This document shows, one piece after another, positions 15,153 through 23,592 of a stretch of DNA of 55,510 nt. Each line of letters starts with the position of its first letter. The stretch's first letter is position 1. The notes under the pieces were generated by a model. That model ran no database searches. It had not been told where the DNA came from and saw only the letters and a list, made by a program, of their open reading frames with translations. Origin of the DNA: Candidatus Daviesbacteria bacterium (GTDB lineage Bacteria; Patescibacteriota; Microgenomatia; Daviesbacterales; UBA10151); the NCBI GenBank assembly GCA_016176465.1, contig JACOXD010000007.1:1-55510 (forward strand). Direction: 5' to 3'. Both the position numbers and the translations under genes were made by a program.

Positions 15153-16038
15153 GCAATTTTTTACCTAGCTTTCTCCTCCACCTTATGATGGAAACTCTTA
15201 AGAAAACTTTCTGATTATACCAACTTTTGGCGATTTTCAATAGAGTTCTTTGCCTAATTTTTGGATCATAAAATATTTTAAGAAAGTAGCTAACATCTTT
15301 TGATATGGATCTTTTACTTCTTTGGTAAAAAAAAGTTGTACCTGATACTAAAATCAATAAAGAAATTACCTGTTCTACAGTAATAAAGCTATTGATCCTA
15401 AAAGTGTCTCCTCTGTAAAAGTAGAGAAAAAAGTTTGAGAGTCCCAAAATAATGAGTCCAATTGAGGCTATTTTACCTTCAAAATGAAAGCGCAAACACA
15501 TTTTCCAAAGGTAAAGAAAACTTAAGAAATAAAACAAGCTATAAAAAATCTGAACAGGGAATCTTTTGTCAAGCAAACCTACTTGGTTTACACTGATTGG
15601 TAAATTTGATACAACCCCATACTGGCAGCTGCCTAGTAAACAACCTATGCTTCCTAAGCTTAATCCTATAAATAATCCAACGACCGCAATATCTGCTATA
15701 AGATAAAAACTTAAATTTTTTTGTTTGGTTAAAAGTAAGAGTGTTAAAAAACCAGCCACTAATCCACCCCATAAAGATAATCCAGGATAAAGATTAAATA
15801 AAACCACTTTACTTAAAGAGTCAAAAAAAGAAAGATGAAAAATTACAAAAAAAAGCCTGGCACCAATAATTGAAACGACAAAGGTGTAAAAAATTAAATC
15901 AAGCGTGGCTTCTTTTTCTATCTCATAAATTCGAGATAGCCTCCAAATAAAATAAGTACCTGTAAGTAAACCCAGTGCTACGAATAATCCAAAAGTTGTA
16001 AATGTGAAATTATTAATTTGAAATAAAGTAGGGTTCAT
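15124..16038 (-). CDS. lgt: prolipoprotein diacylglyceryl transferase-like membrane protein (divergent)
   Basis: Polytopic. Lgt-like blocks are present (FGLFVALGLL, IIGARLFFV, LWGGLVAGF, RFPVQIFYSL), but the canonical GRxGNFxNxE is replaced by GSIGCLLGSCQYG. Confidence 0.5.
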   Translation of the reverse strand: MNPTLFQINNFTFTTFGLFVALGLLTGTYFIWRLSRIYEIEKEATLDLIFYTFVVSIIGARLFFVIFHLSFFDSLSKVVLFNLYPGLSLWGGLVAGFLTLLLLTKQKNLSFYLIADIAVVGLFIGLSLGSIGCLLGSCQYGVVSNLPISVNQVGLLDKRFPVQIFYSLFYFLSFLYLWKMCLRFHFEGKIASIGLIILGLSNFFLYFYRGDTFRINSFITVEQVISLLILVSGTTFFYQRSKRSISKDVSYFLKIFYDPKIRQRTLLKIAKSWYNQKVFLRVSIIRWRRKLGKKLHVKANPSEF

Positions 16039-16169
16039 TTAGTTTGATATGATAGCAAAATATGCTTGATTTGACTAATTTTGAATGCAGGTATTACAAT
16101 AGAATTGAAACGGCTGTACTGGACAATCCGGCAGTATAGCCTTTTAAATCTAAAACACTTTGTCCGGAT

Positions 16170-16625
16170 TTGTCCAAAAAAATGACTGCAACTGCACATG
16201 CTTTAGTTGGAGGAGCTATTGCTTCCTCTGTTTCTAACCCAGCACTTGGTCTAACTCTTTCTGCACTTTCCCATCCACTTTTGGATTTAATTCCTCATTG
16301 GGACTTTGGTAGAGGCTGGAAACAAAAAAGTAAAGTTAAACTTTTCCTCCAAGCCAGCTTGGATTTGGGGGCAGGAGTTATTTTAGCTTATTTACTTTTT
16401 GGTCAATATACCAATCTTTGGTACTTCTTAGCTTGTATCTTTGTATCAGAACTTTGGGATTTTTTACAGGTTCCTTACTGGTTTTTTAGTTGGCGTTTTC
16501 CTCCTTTTTCTACGGCCTATCATGTCCAGTCAACCATAGGCGGTAGGGCTAAATTACCTTGGGGAATTTTTACTCAGATAGCAGTAATCATTGGATTGAT
16601 TTTAGCTTTACAGGTCTTTTATTAA
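16170..16625 (+). CDS. small polytopic membrane protein (true start probably ATG 16182)
   Basis: Hydrophobic ORF. The TTG at 16170 is followed by ATG 16182 (MTATAHALVGGA...). No family recognised with confidence. Confidence 0.5.
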   Translation: MSKKMTATAHALVGGAIASSVSNPALGLTLSALSHPLLDLIPHWDFGRGWKQKSKVKLFLQASLDLGAGVILAYLLFGQYTNLWYFLACIFVSELWDFLQVPYWFFSWRFPPFSTAYHVQSTIGGRAKLPWGIFTQIAVIIGLILALQVFY

Positions 16626-17500
16626 TCTTTGAGGGTTTTCAAGTAAGCTTTAAATTTTTCGCCAATCTCAGGGTGCTTACAAGCCCAATCAACCACTGTC
16701 CGTAAGTATTCAAATTTATTCCCAGTGTCATAATATTTACCATTTTCTATAACCAGGGCAAAAACAGGCACCCCCTCTAACTGCAATAAATTAATTGCAT
16801 CAACCAACCAAATTTCCCCTCCCTTACCTGGAGTTAATTGTTTTAGCGCTTTAAATATCTCTGGGGGTAAAATATATGCTCCATGGGTAGCAATATTTGA
16901 TGGCGCTTCCTCAGGGGTTGGTTTTTCTATTATTTTTTTAATTTTAAACAAATTGCTCTTAACTGGTTCTAAATCTGCAATTCCATACCTTTTTAAATCA
17001 TCTTTATTTTCAATTTTGACACCAGAAATTACTACCCCTCCATGTTCCTCATGGATATCAATCATTTGCTTGAGCCGCGGAGGAGTGGAATGAATAAACT
17101 CATCTCCCCATAAAACAGCGAATGGTTCATCTTCAATAACAGCCTCTCCTGTTAACACTGGGGTCCCATTGCCATAAGGGCCTTTTTGGCGGACATAGAT
17201 GAAGTTAGCCATCTCAGAGATATGTCTAATTTCATCTAAGATTTTTTCTTTTTGACCATTAATTAATGCTTGGACCAAATCTTGGTTCGGGACATCAAAA
17301 TGATCTTCTATGGCCCTCTTATTAGCGCCTGTAACAATAATGATATTTTCTATCCCAGATGCTACAATTTCTTCAACAATATATTGGATAACAGGCTTGT
17401 CAACTATGGGGAGCATCTCTTTGGGCATGGCCTTGGTCTGCGGTAAAAACCTGGTCCCAAACCCAGCAGCAGGAATTAAAGCTTTGGTAATTTTTTTCAT
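16622..17500 (-). CDS. galU: UTP--glucose-1-phosphate uridylyltransferase
   Basis: KALIPAAGFGTRFLPQTKAMPKEMLPIVDKPVIQYIVEE is the GalU signature; 292 aa. Confidence 0.9.
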   Translation of the reverse strand: MKKITKALIPAAGFGTRFLPQTKAMPKEMLPIVDKPVIQYIVEEIVASGIENIIIVTGANKRAIEDHFDVPNQDLVQALINGQKEKILDEIRHISEMANFIYVRQKGPYGNGTPVLTGEAVIEDEPFAVLWGDEFIHSTPPRLKQMIDIHEEHGGVVISGVKIENKDDLKRYGIADLEPVKSNLFKIKKIIEKPTPEEAPSNIATHGAYILPPEIFKALKQLTPGKGGEIWLVDAINLLQLEGVPVFALVIENGKYYDTGNKFEYLRTVVDWACKHPEIGEKFKAYLKTLKD

Positions 17501-17612
17501 TAAGTTTTTTACTAATCTTGCCCTTAAGTTTCATGTATATCACAAAAGTTAGGTGATTAGCAAATTAAATAAATAACCTATAACCTGAAGTCTTAGCTTC
17601 AATTTTGCTATA

Positions 17613-17876
17613 ATGGGTACCATGAAGTCCGGCGAGTTTGAGAGTCCCTATTCCCCCAAAATTAATGGAGTTGTAATTCCTATGACTGCTGTTGTTGATT
17701 TTACCAAAAAAGACCCTCCTAAATATTTAGCAAAATTTTTTGATGAAGAACAAACCCTACCAGATGACTTACAAATAATGAGCGTGTCAACAGTTAGAGA
17801 ACTTAGAGAAAGAGGTCAAAGAGTGGTGAATGGAAGAGCCTTGGGAAAGGTTTCAAATAATGGCAGAGGAATTTAG
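17613..17876 (+). CDS. hypothetical 87-aa protein
   Basis: ORF only; no motif recognised. Confidence 0.3.
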   Translation: MGTMKSGEFESPYSPKINGVVIPMTAVVDFTKKDPPKYLAKFFDEEQTLPDDLQIMSVSTVRELRERGQRVVNGRALGKVSNNGRGI

Positions 17877-17962
17877 TAGAGATAATATTGCTCGTTTGGT
17901 CAGCGAGAGAGTCTTTAGTCCTCATGCCTCTTTTGCCCTAGCAATGGCACTAAGGTATAGGC

Positions 17963-17986
17963 TAGCTTGACAACTCGGAGTTGGAA
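17963..17986 (+). repeat. type-2 REP-like element TAGCTTGACAACTCGGAGTTGGAA (upstream of RAYT copy 2)
   Basis: Identical 24-mer at 18670..18693; 23/24 match at 25550..25573. It contains the palindrome CAACTC-G-GAGTTG. A degenerate partial copy (TTGACAAGTCGGGA) follows at 17992. Confidence 0.8.
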
Positions 17987-18026
17987 GTGGATTGACAAGT
18001 CGGGATCTGAGATCATAAGATGAATT

Positions 18027-18677
18027 ATGCCATATCGTACTACTCCTTTTGTAAATCAACATTTTTATCACGTATATAACCGAGGTAGTGAGAAACGTAG
18101 AATTTTTGAGGATCGTAGGGACTACCAAAGATTTTTAAAAACCCTTACCTATTATCAACTTGAAGGACCAAAACCCAAGCTTTCTCATTTCTTTAAATAT
18201 AAAAATTTTAATCCCTTAAAAGCTAAGAAGATTGTGGATATCCTAGCTTACTGTTTGATGTCTAACCATTTTCATCTTTTATTAAAACAGGTAAAGGAAG
18301 GAGGTATTTCTGAAATGATTACAAAGCTTAGCTTAAGTTATACAAAATACTATAACACTAAATATGATCGTGTTGGCCCATTATTCCAAGGACAATTCAA
18401 AGCAGTCCTCATAGAATCAGATGAACAGCTATTACATGTTTCCAGATATATTCATCTAAATCCTATCGTCTCATTATTAACTAAGAGTCTGGATAAATTT
18501 GATTGGTCCTCATCCCATGAATATTTTAATAGGAATGACGGTATTTGCTCTAAGAAAGATATTTTAAGTTTTTTCCCATCTCCTAGAGATTATCAACAAT
18601 TTGTTTTAGATCAGGTTGATTATGGGAAGCATTTAGAGGAAATTAAACACAAACTGTTTGATAAAGATTTAGCTTGA
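18027..18677 (+). CDS. Y1 HUH transposase, IS200-like / RAYT-like, copy 2
   Basis: 216 aa with FYHVYNRG, LMSNHFHLLLKQ (HUH), SLSYTKYYNTKYDRVGPLFQGQFKAV and SRYIHLNPIV. The stop codon lies inside the downstream 24-mer repeat. Confidence 0.85.
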   Translation: MPYRTTPFVNQHFYHVYNRGSEKRRIFEDRRDYQRFLKTLTYYQLEGPKPKLSHFFKYKNFNPLKAKKIVDILAYCLMSNHFHLLLKQVKEGGISEMITKLSLSYTKYYNTKYDRVGPLFQGQFKAVLIESDEQLLHVSRYIHLNPIVSLLTKSLDKFDWSSSHEYFNRNDGICSKKDILSFFPSPRDYQQFVLDQVDYGKHLEEIKHKLFDKDLA

Positions 18678-18693
18678 CAACTCGGAGTTGGAA
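18670..18693 (+). repeat. type-2 REP-like element (downstream of RAYT copy 2, same orientation)
   Basis: 24/24 identical to 17963..17986. Confidence 0.8.
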
Positions 18694-18700
18694 AGCTAGT

Positions 18701-19288
18701 TTACTTAACCCTTTCTACATAACTACCTGTTCTTGTATCTACCTTTACCTTTTCTCCTATTTTCATAAACATAGGAACTTTGACAATTAGCCCATTATCC
18801 ATAACTGCTTCTTTATAGACATTAGAAACGCTGTTACCTTTTTCCTCTGGACCTGTCTCAGAGATTGTATAGACTATGCTATTAGGAAGCTCTAAAGCTA
18901 GGGCTTGTCCCTCTCCTGTAATTAGCGCCACCTCTAGACCTTCTTTTAGATATTTAAAATCATCCCCCAAAGTTCCCTGACTTAGTGGAAATTGCTCAAA
19001 GTTTTCATTATCCATAAAATAAAAATTTTCCCCATCTCTACCAGCCTCAGCTGGCAAGCTTTGCTTATATAAAAATTGAGCTTTTCTTTTTTCTACATCT
19101 GCTTCCTCTACCTTGGCACCAGTGATAAAAGATTTCTCAGTTATAGAATTAGTTTTTAAATTTTTAACCTTAACTTTAATAGTGCCTGATCCCCTACCCA
19201 TTTTAATATGCTCATAGGTTAAAACCTGGAATAAATTTCCACTTTCTTTAAACACCGCACCATTTCTTAAATCATTAACATTTAACAT
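18701..19288 (-). CDS. efp: elongation factor P (start moved to the internal Met of the tracked ORF)
   Basis: MLNVNDLRNGAVFKESGNLFQVLTYEHIKMGRGSGTIKVKVKNLKTN...VKVPMFMKIGEKVKVDTRTGSYVERVK is an EF-P signature. The 22 upstream codons of ORF 18701..19354 have no EF-P counterpart. Confidence 0.9.
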   Translation of the reverse strand: MLNVNDLRNGAVFKESGNLFQVLTYEHIKMGRGSGTIKVKVKNLKTNSITEKSFITGAKVEEADVEKRKAQFLYKQSLPAEAGRDGENFYFMDNENFEQFPLSQGTLGDDFKYLKEGLEVALITGEGQALALELPNSIVYTISETGPEEKGNSVSNVYKEAVMDNGLIVKVPMFMKIGEKVKVDTRTGSYVERVK

Positions 19289-19337
19289 GTTCGTGATAAG
19301 TACAACGTAATACGAAATGCGTATCTCGTATCTCCTA

Positions 19338-20816
19338 TCACTTATCTCCTTCAATAAGCTTTACTAGAGTTTTTATCCCCACTCCTGTTGCACCTGCCCC
19401 TCTATAAGGTTTAGGCTTGCTATCCCAGGCTGTTCCTGCAATATCTAAATGGATCCAAGGAATATTTTCTTTTACTCCTGCTTCTATAAATTTTGCTCCT
19501 GTGATAGATCCAGCTGCTCCAGGCATTGATCCCCCATGGCCAATATTGGTTATATCCCCTATTTCCCCTTTTATCATTTCATCATAGTCCTCATCCATGG
19601 GCATTAGCCAATATTTTTCCCCTACCTGCCCCCCAGCATTAATTAACTGCTTTGCAAACTGCACATTATTAGTAAAAACTCCAGTATTAAAATCTCCTAA
19701 AGATATAACTATTGCTCCTGTTAGAGTTGCTAAATCTATCAATTTATTGGCCTTAAAATCTTTTTGGGCCCAAGCTATTGCATCTATTAAAACCAGTCTT
19801 CCTTCAGCATCAGTATTTAGAACCTCAGCAGTTTTGCCAGAATATGTTCTGACAATATCGCCTGGTCTTTGGGCTTTGCCTCCTGGCAAGTTTTCTGTAA
19901 CTGCCATAATACCAACTATATTATTCTTTACTTTAAGTTTGGCTAAAACCTGCATCGTAGCTAAAACAGCAGCAGCTCCGCACATGTCATATTTCATCTC
20001 ATGCATATTGGAGGAAGGTTTAATAGAAATTCCACCCGAATCAAAAGTAATGCCCTTGCCTAAAAGTCCCCATTTTTCTTTTGAGGAAGAATTACCAGTA
20101 TATTCAAGCGCTATTAAGTAAGAGGGTTCATCTGAACCCTGTGCAACACCAACAAATGCACCCATCCCTTTTTTCTTTGCATGGGCCTCATCTAAAACAG
20201 TTATTTCTAAGTTATTCGCCTTTGCTAAATCCTTAGCATGATTTAAAAATACAGTTGGGCTAAGTTCGTTGGCAGGCATATCTGCTAATTTCCTGGCTAA
20301 ATTGATAGACCCTGACAAAAGATTTCCTCTTTCCAAACCTTGTCTTAATTTTGGATCACTTGATAATAAATTTATCTTTTTTAATTTATGTGGCTCTTTT
20401 TTAGATTTATAATCCAGAGATGGATCATGATCCATTAATTGAATACCAATAGATAAAGCTTGCCCAATCTGTTCTCCTGAAAGACTTAAACCTTTAGGTA
20501 AAGCTAAATTTGCTTCTTCGGTTTTGGCAAGTAAATATTTAGTTGCAGCTCCAGCAAAGTTTTGCAGTTTGCCAAAATCAAACTTATCTTTTTTCCCAAG
20601 TCCTATTAAAACTATTTTTAAGTTTGGGGAATATAAAAGTTGCACTTCATAAAGCTTGCCAAACTTTGGATTTTCTTTTAAAAAGGAACTTACTAATTCG
20701 CTACTAAACTTTGCTTTTTCTCCTTCAAAGATGGGTAAAACCAAGTAACCATCCTTAATTTCCTCTAATTTTTTATTCGTAGAAAAGCTTTGCTTATCTG
20801 AAATAGCAATTTGCAT
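19338..20816 (-). CDS. pepA: leucyl aminopeptidase (M17)
   Basis: GKGITFDSGGISIKP, MKYDMCGAAAV and NTDAEGRLVLIDA motifs. Confidence 0.9.
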   Translation of the reverse strand: MQIAISDKQSFSTNKKLEEIKDGYLVLPIFEGEKAKFSSELVSSFLKENPKFGKLYEVQLLYSPNLKIVLIGLGKKDKFDFGKLQNFAGAATKYLLAKTEEANLALPKGLSLSGEQIGQALSIGIQLMDHDPSLDYKSKKEPHKLKKINLLSSDPKLRQGLERGNLLSGSINLARKLADMPANELSPTVFLNHAKDLAKANNLEITVLDEAHAKKKGMGAFVGVAQGSDEPSYLIALEYTGNSSSKEKWGLLGKGITFDSGGISIKPSSNMHEMKYDMCGAAAVLATMQVLAKLKVKNNIVGIMAVTENLPGGKAQRPGDIVRTYSGKTAEVLNTDAEGRLVLIDAIAWAQKDFKANKLIDLATLTGAIVISLGDFNTGVFTNNVQFAKQLINAGGQVGEKYWLMPMDEDYDEMIKGEIGDITNIGHGGSMPGAAGSITGAKFIEAGVKENIPWIHLDIAGTAWDSKPKPYRGAGATGVGIKTLVKLIEGDK

Positions 20817-20873
20817 GTTAAAAACTATATTTTAACCCACCTAATAAGTCAAGATTATATAAATTTTAAATTG

Positions 20874-21410
20874 TTAAGTGAAAAAATGTTTTACCAACTT
20901 ATCCTGGCTTTCTAGGTTAGTTGCCTCTATATATTCTACTTCGTTACTTACCCCAAAGTGATTTCTTAGAAAAATAACTATTTCATAGCAGGGATAGGGA
21001 TGTACAAAGACACTTTTTTGTAATTTATAAAAGCCTAAATTATTCATTTTTCGTCTAAGAAACAATCTGGAACTATTTTTATCAACAGGGATATCAAAGA
21101 TAACCATTCTCCATTTCTTGTCCCAGTGTTGAGGTCTTTCTATTTTTAAATTATCTATTTCATACCTTTTTAATTTTTCTTTCCCTTTGCTAGTAAGTTT
21201 TAAACTTGTTAATCCATTTCTTCTTTTAATAACTTCAATCAGTCCTCTTTTTTGTAATCTCTTAATTTCCTGATTGATTCTTCCAACATCAATTTTTGAT
21301 AGTAGTGGTAAAACCTTAGCCAGACCTGGTGCTATCATTACCGCAGAAAAAAGGCCAATCATGCCTAATGCTATTAGAATATTCTTTGCTATTTCTTGTT
21401 TCCTGCTCAT
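20874..21410 (-). CDS. membrane-anchored wHTH plus PaaX-C/Cas2-fold domain protein
   Basis: N-terminal TM (ILIALGMIGLFSAVMIAPGLA) and a wHTH-like middle region. The C-terminal WDKKWRMVIFDIPVDKNSSRLFLRRKMNNLGFYKLQKSVFVHPYP is typical of the PaaX C-terminal / Cas2-like fold. Confidence 0.55.
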   Translation of the reverse strand: MSRKQEIAKNILIALGMIGLFSAVMIAPGLAKVLPLLSKIDVGRINQEIKRLQKRGLIEVIKRRNGLTSLKLTSKGKEKLKRYEIDNLKIERPQHWDKKWRMVIFDIPVDKNSSRLFLRRKMNNLGFYKLQKSVFVHPYPCYEIVIFLRNHFGVSNEVEYIEATNLESQDKLVKHFFT

Positions 21411-21530
21411 TTATTAAATATATATCTTTAATAACATTTTTGTCCATATGGTTAATTTTGTTATCTAATCTCCTCTGTTAAGATCGTTTTAGCTATCTGA
21501 AAGAATAAGAAGTTGATATAATTACACAGA

Positions 21531-21613
21531 GCCGAAGTGGTGGAATGGTAGACACGAAGGTCTCAAAAACCTTTGAGAGTAATCTCATGGAGGTTCGACT
21601 CCTCTCTTCGGCA
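21531..21613 (+). tRNA. tRNA-Leu(CAA)
   Basis: Hand-folded cloverleaf. Acceptor GCCGAAG/CTTCGGC; anticodon stem AAGGT/ACCTT with loop CU-CAA-AA; long variable arm GAGA-GTAA-TCTC; T arm GGAGG-TTCGACT-CCTCT; discriminator A. No encoded CCA. Confidence 0.85.
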
Positions 21614-21634
21614 CTTTATAGTAGAATAATTAAA

Positions 21635-22198
21635 GTGAAAAGATTAATTATTGGACTTGTTGGTGAAAAAGGATCTGGCAAAGGCACTTTTACCTCTATT
21701 TTAAAAGAGACTTTGCCTGAAAAAGCAATTGACCAGATAACTTTCTCCGATGTCTTAACTGATTCTTTGAATGTTTGGGCACTACCCCCTAGCAGGGAAA
21801 ATTATATAAAGATGATGGTTTCTATGAAGAATACTTTTGGAGGAGATGTTTTAGCAAATGCAATTAAAGCTAGGGTGGAAAAACTACCGGGAGAGATTGT
21901 GGTGATAGACGGTATGAGATGGCCTGCTGATGAGGTTTTAATTAGAAGTTTTCCTAAAAATGTAGTTTTATATATCACTGCAGTTCCAAAAATTAGGTAT
22001 GAGCGCACCAAATCCAGAGGTCAAAAAGCAGGAGAAAAAGATGCTACCTTTGAGCAGTTTATGGAACAAGAAAGTGCAGAAACAGAAGTTTATATCCCTA
22101 AGATTGGTGAGAAAGCAGATTTTACAATAAATAATGATGGGCCACTAGATGAGTTTATTGAACAGGTTAAAACCTTTTCTAAAAAACATGTAACTTAG
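21635..22198 (+). CDS. P-loop nucleotide/nucleoside kinase-like protein (start moved to GTG 21635)
   Basis: Walker A GLVGEKGSGKGT lies right after the proposed start. The first 30 codons of tracked ORF 21545..22198 overlap the tRNA and are rejected. Confidence 0.55.
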   Translation: MKRLIIGLVGEKGSGKGTFTSILKETLPEKAIDQITFSDVLTDSLNVWALPPSRENYIKMMVSMKNTFGGDVLANAIKARVEKLPGEIVVIDGMRWPADEVLIRSFPKNVVLYITAVPKIRYERTKSRGQKAGEKDATFEQFMEQESAETEVYIPKIGEKADFTINNDGPLDEFIEQVKTFSKKHVT

Positions 22199-23583
22199 GC
22201 TGCAACTGCAGCTTTATCTAGCTCTTCCTTAGAAGCAGCAGGAGCTTTTCTGGTTCGCTCCATTCCATAAAACTTAACTCTATCTGGTCTAAACATTAGT
22301 TTAATCTCCCCAGTTGGACCGTTTCTGTGTTTTTCAATAGCCAAAGTAACATCCTCCATATTTTGGGCATCTTCCCTATAAATAAACATCACAACGTCTG
22401 CATCCTGCTCAATCGCACCAGACTCCCTTAGGTCTGCTAACTGGGGCTTTTTAGATCCCCTTGCCTCAACTGCCCTGGATAGCTGAGAAACTGCCAATAC
22501 AGGCACTTTTAGCTCCCTTGCCAAATTTTTTAAACCTTGGGAGATTTCTGACACTTCCTGCACCCTATTTTCTAAATTTCTCCCATGAATAAGCTGTAAA
22601 TAATCCACAATTAGAAGTTTTAGACCATTCTCTACTTGCAGTCTCCTCGCCTTGGTTCTAATTTCAGATAAAGATAGCCCTGGCGTATCATCAATAAACA
22701 AAGGAGCCTCAGCTAACTGCCCCATTGCATGAGACAATCTATCATAATCTTTATCATCTAACCTGCCTGTTTTTAGCTTCCAAGCATCTATATCTGCCTG
22801 AGCTACAAGCAACCTATCTACCAACTCCTCTTGGGACATTTCCAAAGAGAAAATTCCCACAGGTAGCCCACTACCAACTGCTACATGCTGTGCAACATTT
22901 AAGACAAAACTTGTTTTTCCCTGACCCGGTCTGGCTGCAAAAATTATAAGGTTAGAATCCTGAAACCCTGCTAATTTATTATCCAAATCCTTAAAACCCG
23001 AGGGTACCCCCCGAAGCTTGCCTGATGATTTTTGCAACTCATCTAACCTGTCAAAGCTTGCAGCTAGCGCATCCTTTAGCTGAATAAAATCTCTTTTTAT
23101 ATGTTGTTGGGAGAGTGCAAAAATAGACTGTTCAGACTTTTCAATAATCTCCTCTAAATCTATGGACTCATTAAATGCACTTTCTACAAACCCGCTAGCC
23201 TCAGAGATTAATTTTCTTCTGATAGCATGCTCTTTAATTATCCTGGCATATGTTAGAAGATGAGCACTGGTTGGAACCATATTCACCAACTCTGCAAGGT
23301 AAGCAGAGCCGCCTATTTTATCTAAGAACCCTCTTTGTTTTAATTTTTCTGTTACTGTCACCAAATCAATGGGCTCTCTTTTCTCAAACAGCTCTAAAAT
23401 AGCATTAAAGATTTGACCGTGCTGTTCGCTCCTGTAAAAATGTTCCGGGGATAAAAATTCAGCAACATTAATGATTGCATCTTTATCAATGAGTAATGCC
23501 CCAAGCAAGGATTGTTCCGCCTCTATGTTTTGGGGAGGAAGTTTAGGGTTTATAACTCTCCTGTTAAAAGTAATAGCTTCCAT
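22195..23583 (-). CDS. dnaB: replicative DNA helicase
   Basis: PPQNIEAEQSLLGALL N-terminus, Walker A ARPGQGKTSF, and the block VPVLAVSQLSRAVE...LRESGAIEQDADVVMF. Confidence 0.92.
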   Translation of the reverse strand: MEAITFNRRVINPKLPPQNIEAEQSLLGALLIDKDAIINVAEFLSPEHFYRSEQHGQIFNAILELFEKREPIDLVTVTEKLKQRGFLDKIGGSAYLAELVNMVPTSAHLLTYARIIKEHAIRRKLISEASGFVESAFNESIDLEEIIEKSEQSIFALSQQHIKRDFIQLKDALAASFDRLDELQKSSGKLRGVPSGFKDLDNKLAGFQDSNLIIFAARPGQGKTSFVLNVAQHVAVGSGLPVGIFSLEMSQEELVDRLLVAQADIDAWKLKTGRLDDKDYDRLSHAMGQLAEAPLFIDDTPGLSLSEIRTKARRLQVENGLKLLIVDYLQLIHGRNLENRVQEVSEISQGLKNLARELKVPVLAVSQLSRAVEARGSKKPQLADLRESGAIEQDADVVMFIYREDAQNMEDVTLAIEKHRNGPTGEIKLMFRPDRVKFYGMERTRKAPAASKEELDKAAVAA

Positions 23584-23592
23584 ATTTTGGGC

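Noticed and set aside
17922-18128. 68-aa minus-strand ORF overlapping the start of RAYT copy 2
   Set aside because: It spans the repeat element and the RAYT promoter and 5' end, and it has no coding signature.
19289-19354. 22-codon N-terminal extension of efp, overlapping the pepA 3' end
   Set aside because: EF-P homology starts at the internal Met (MLNVNDLRNG...). The extension has no counterpart in EF-P.
19597-20121. 174-aa plus-strand ORF
   Set aside because: It lies entirely antisense within the well-supported pepA gene and has no motifs. Other embedded antisense or alternate-frame ORFs are rejected for the same reason: 1188..1424, 2876..3149, 15569..15772, 28807..29163, 34624..34944, 38290..38547, 45249..46721 and 49181..49381.
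21545-21634. N-terminal 30 codons of tracked ORF 21545..22198
   Set aside because: They overlap a well-folding tRNA-Leu(CAA) at 21531..21613. The P-loop protein more plausibly starts at GTG 21635, right before its Walker A motif.
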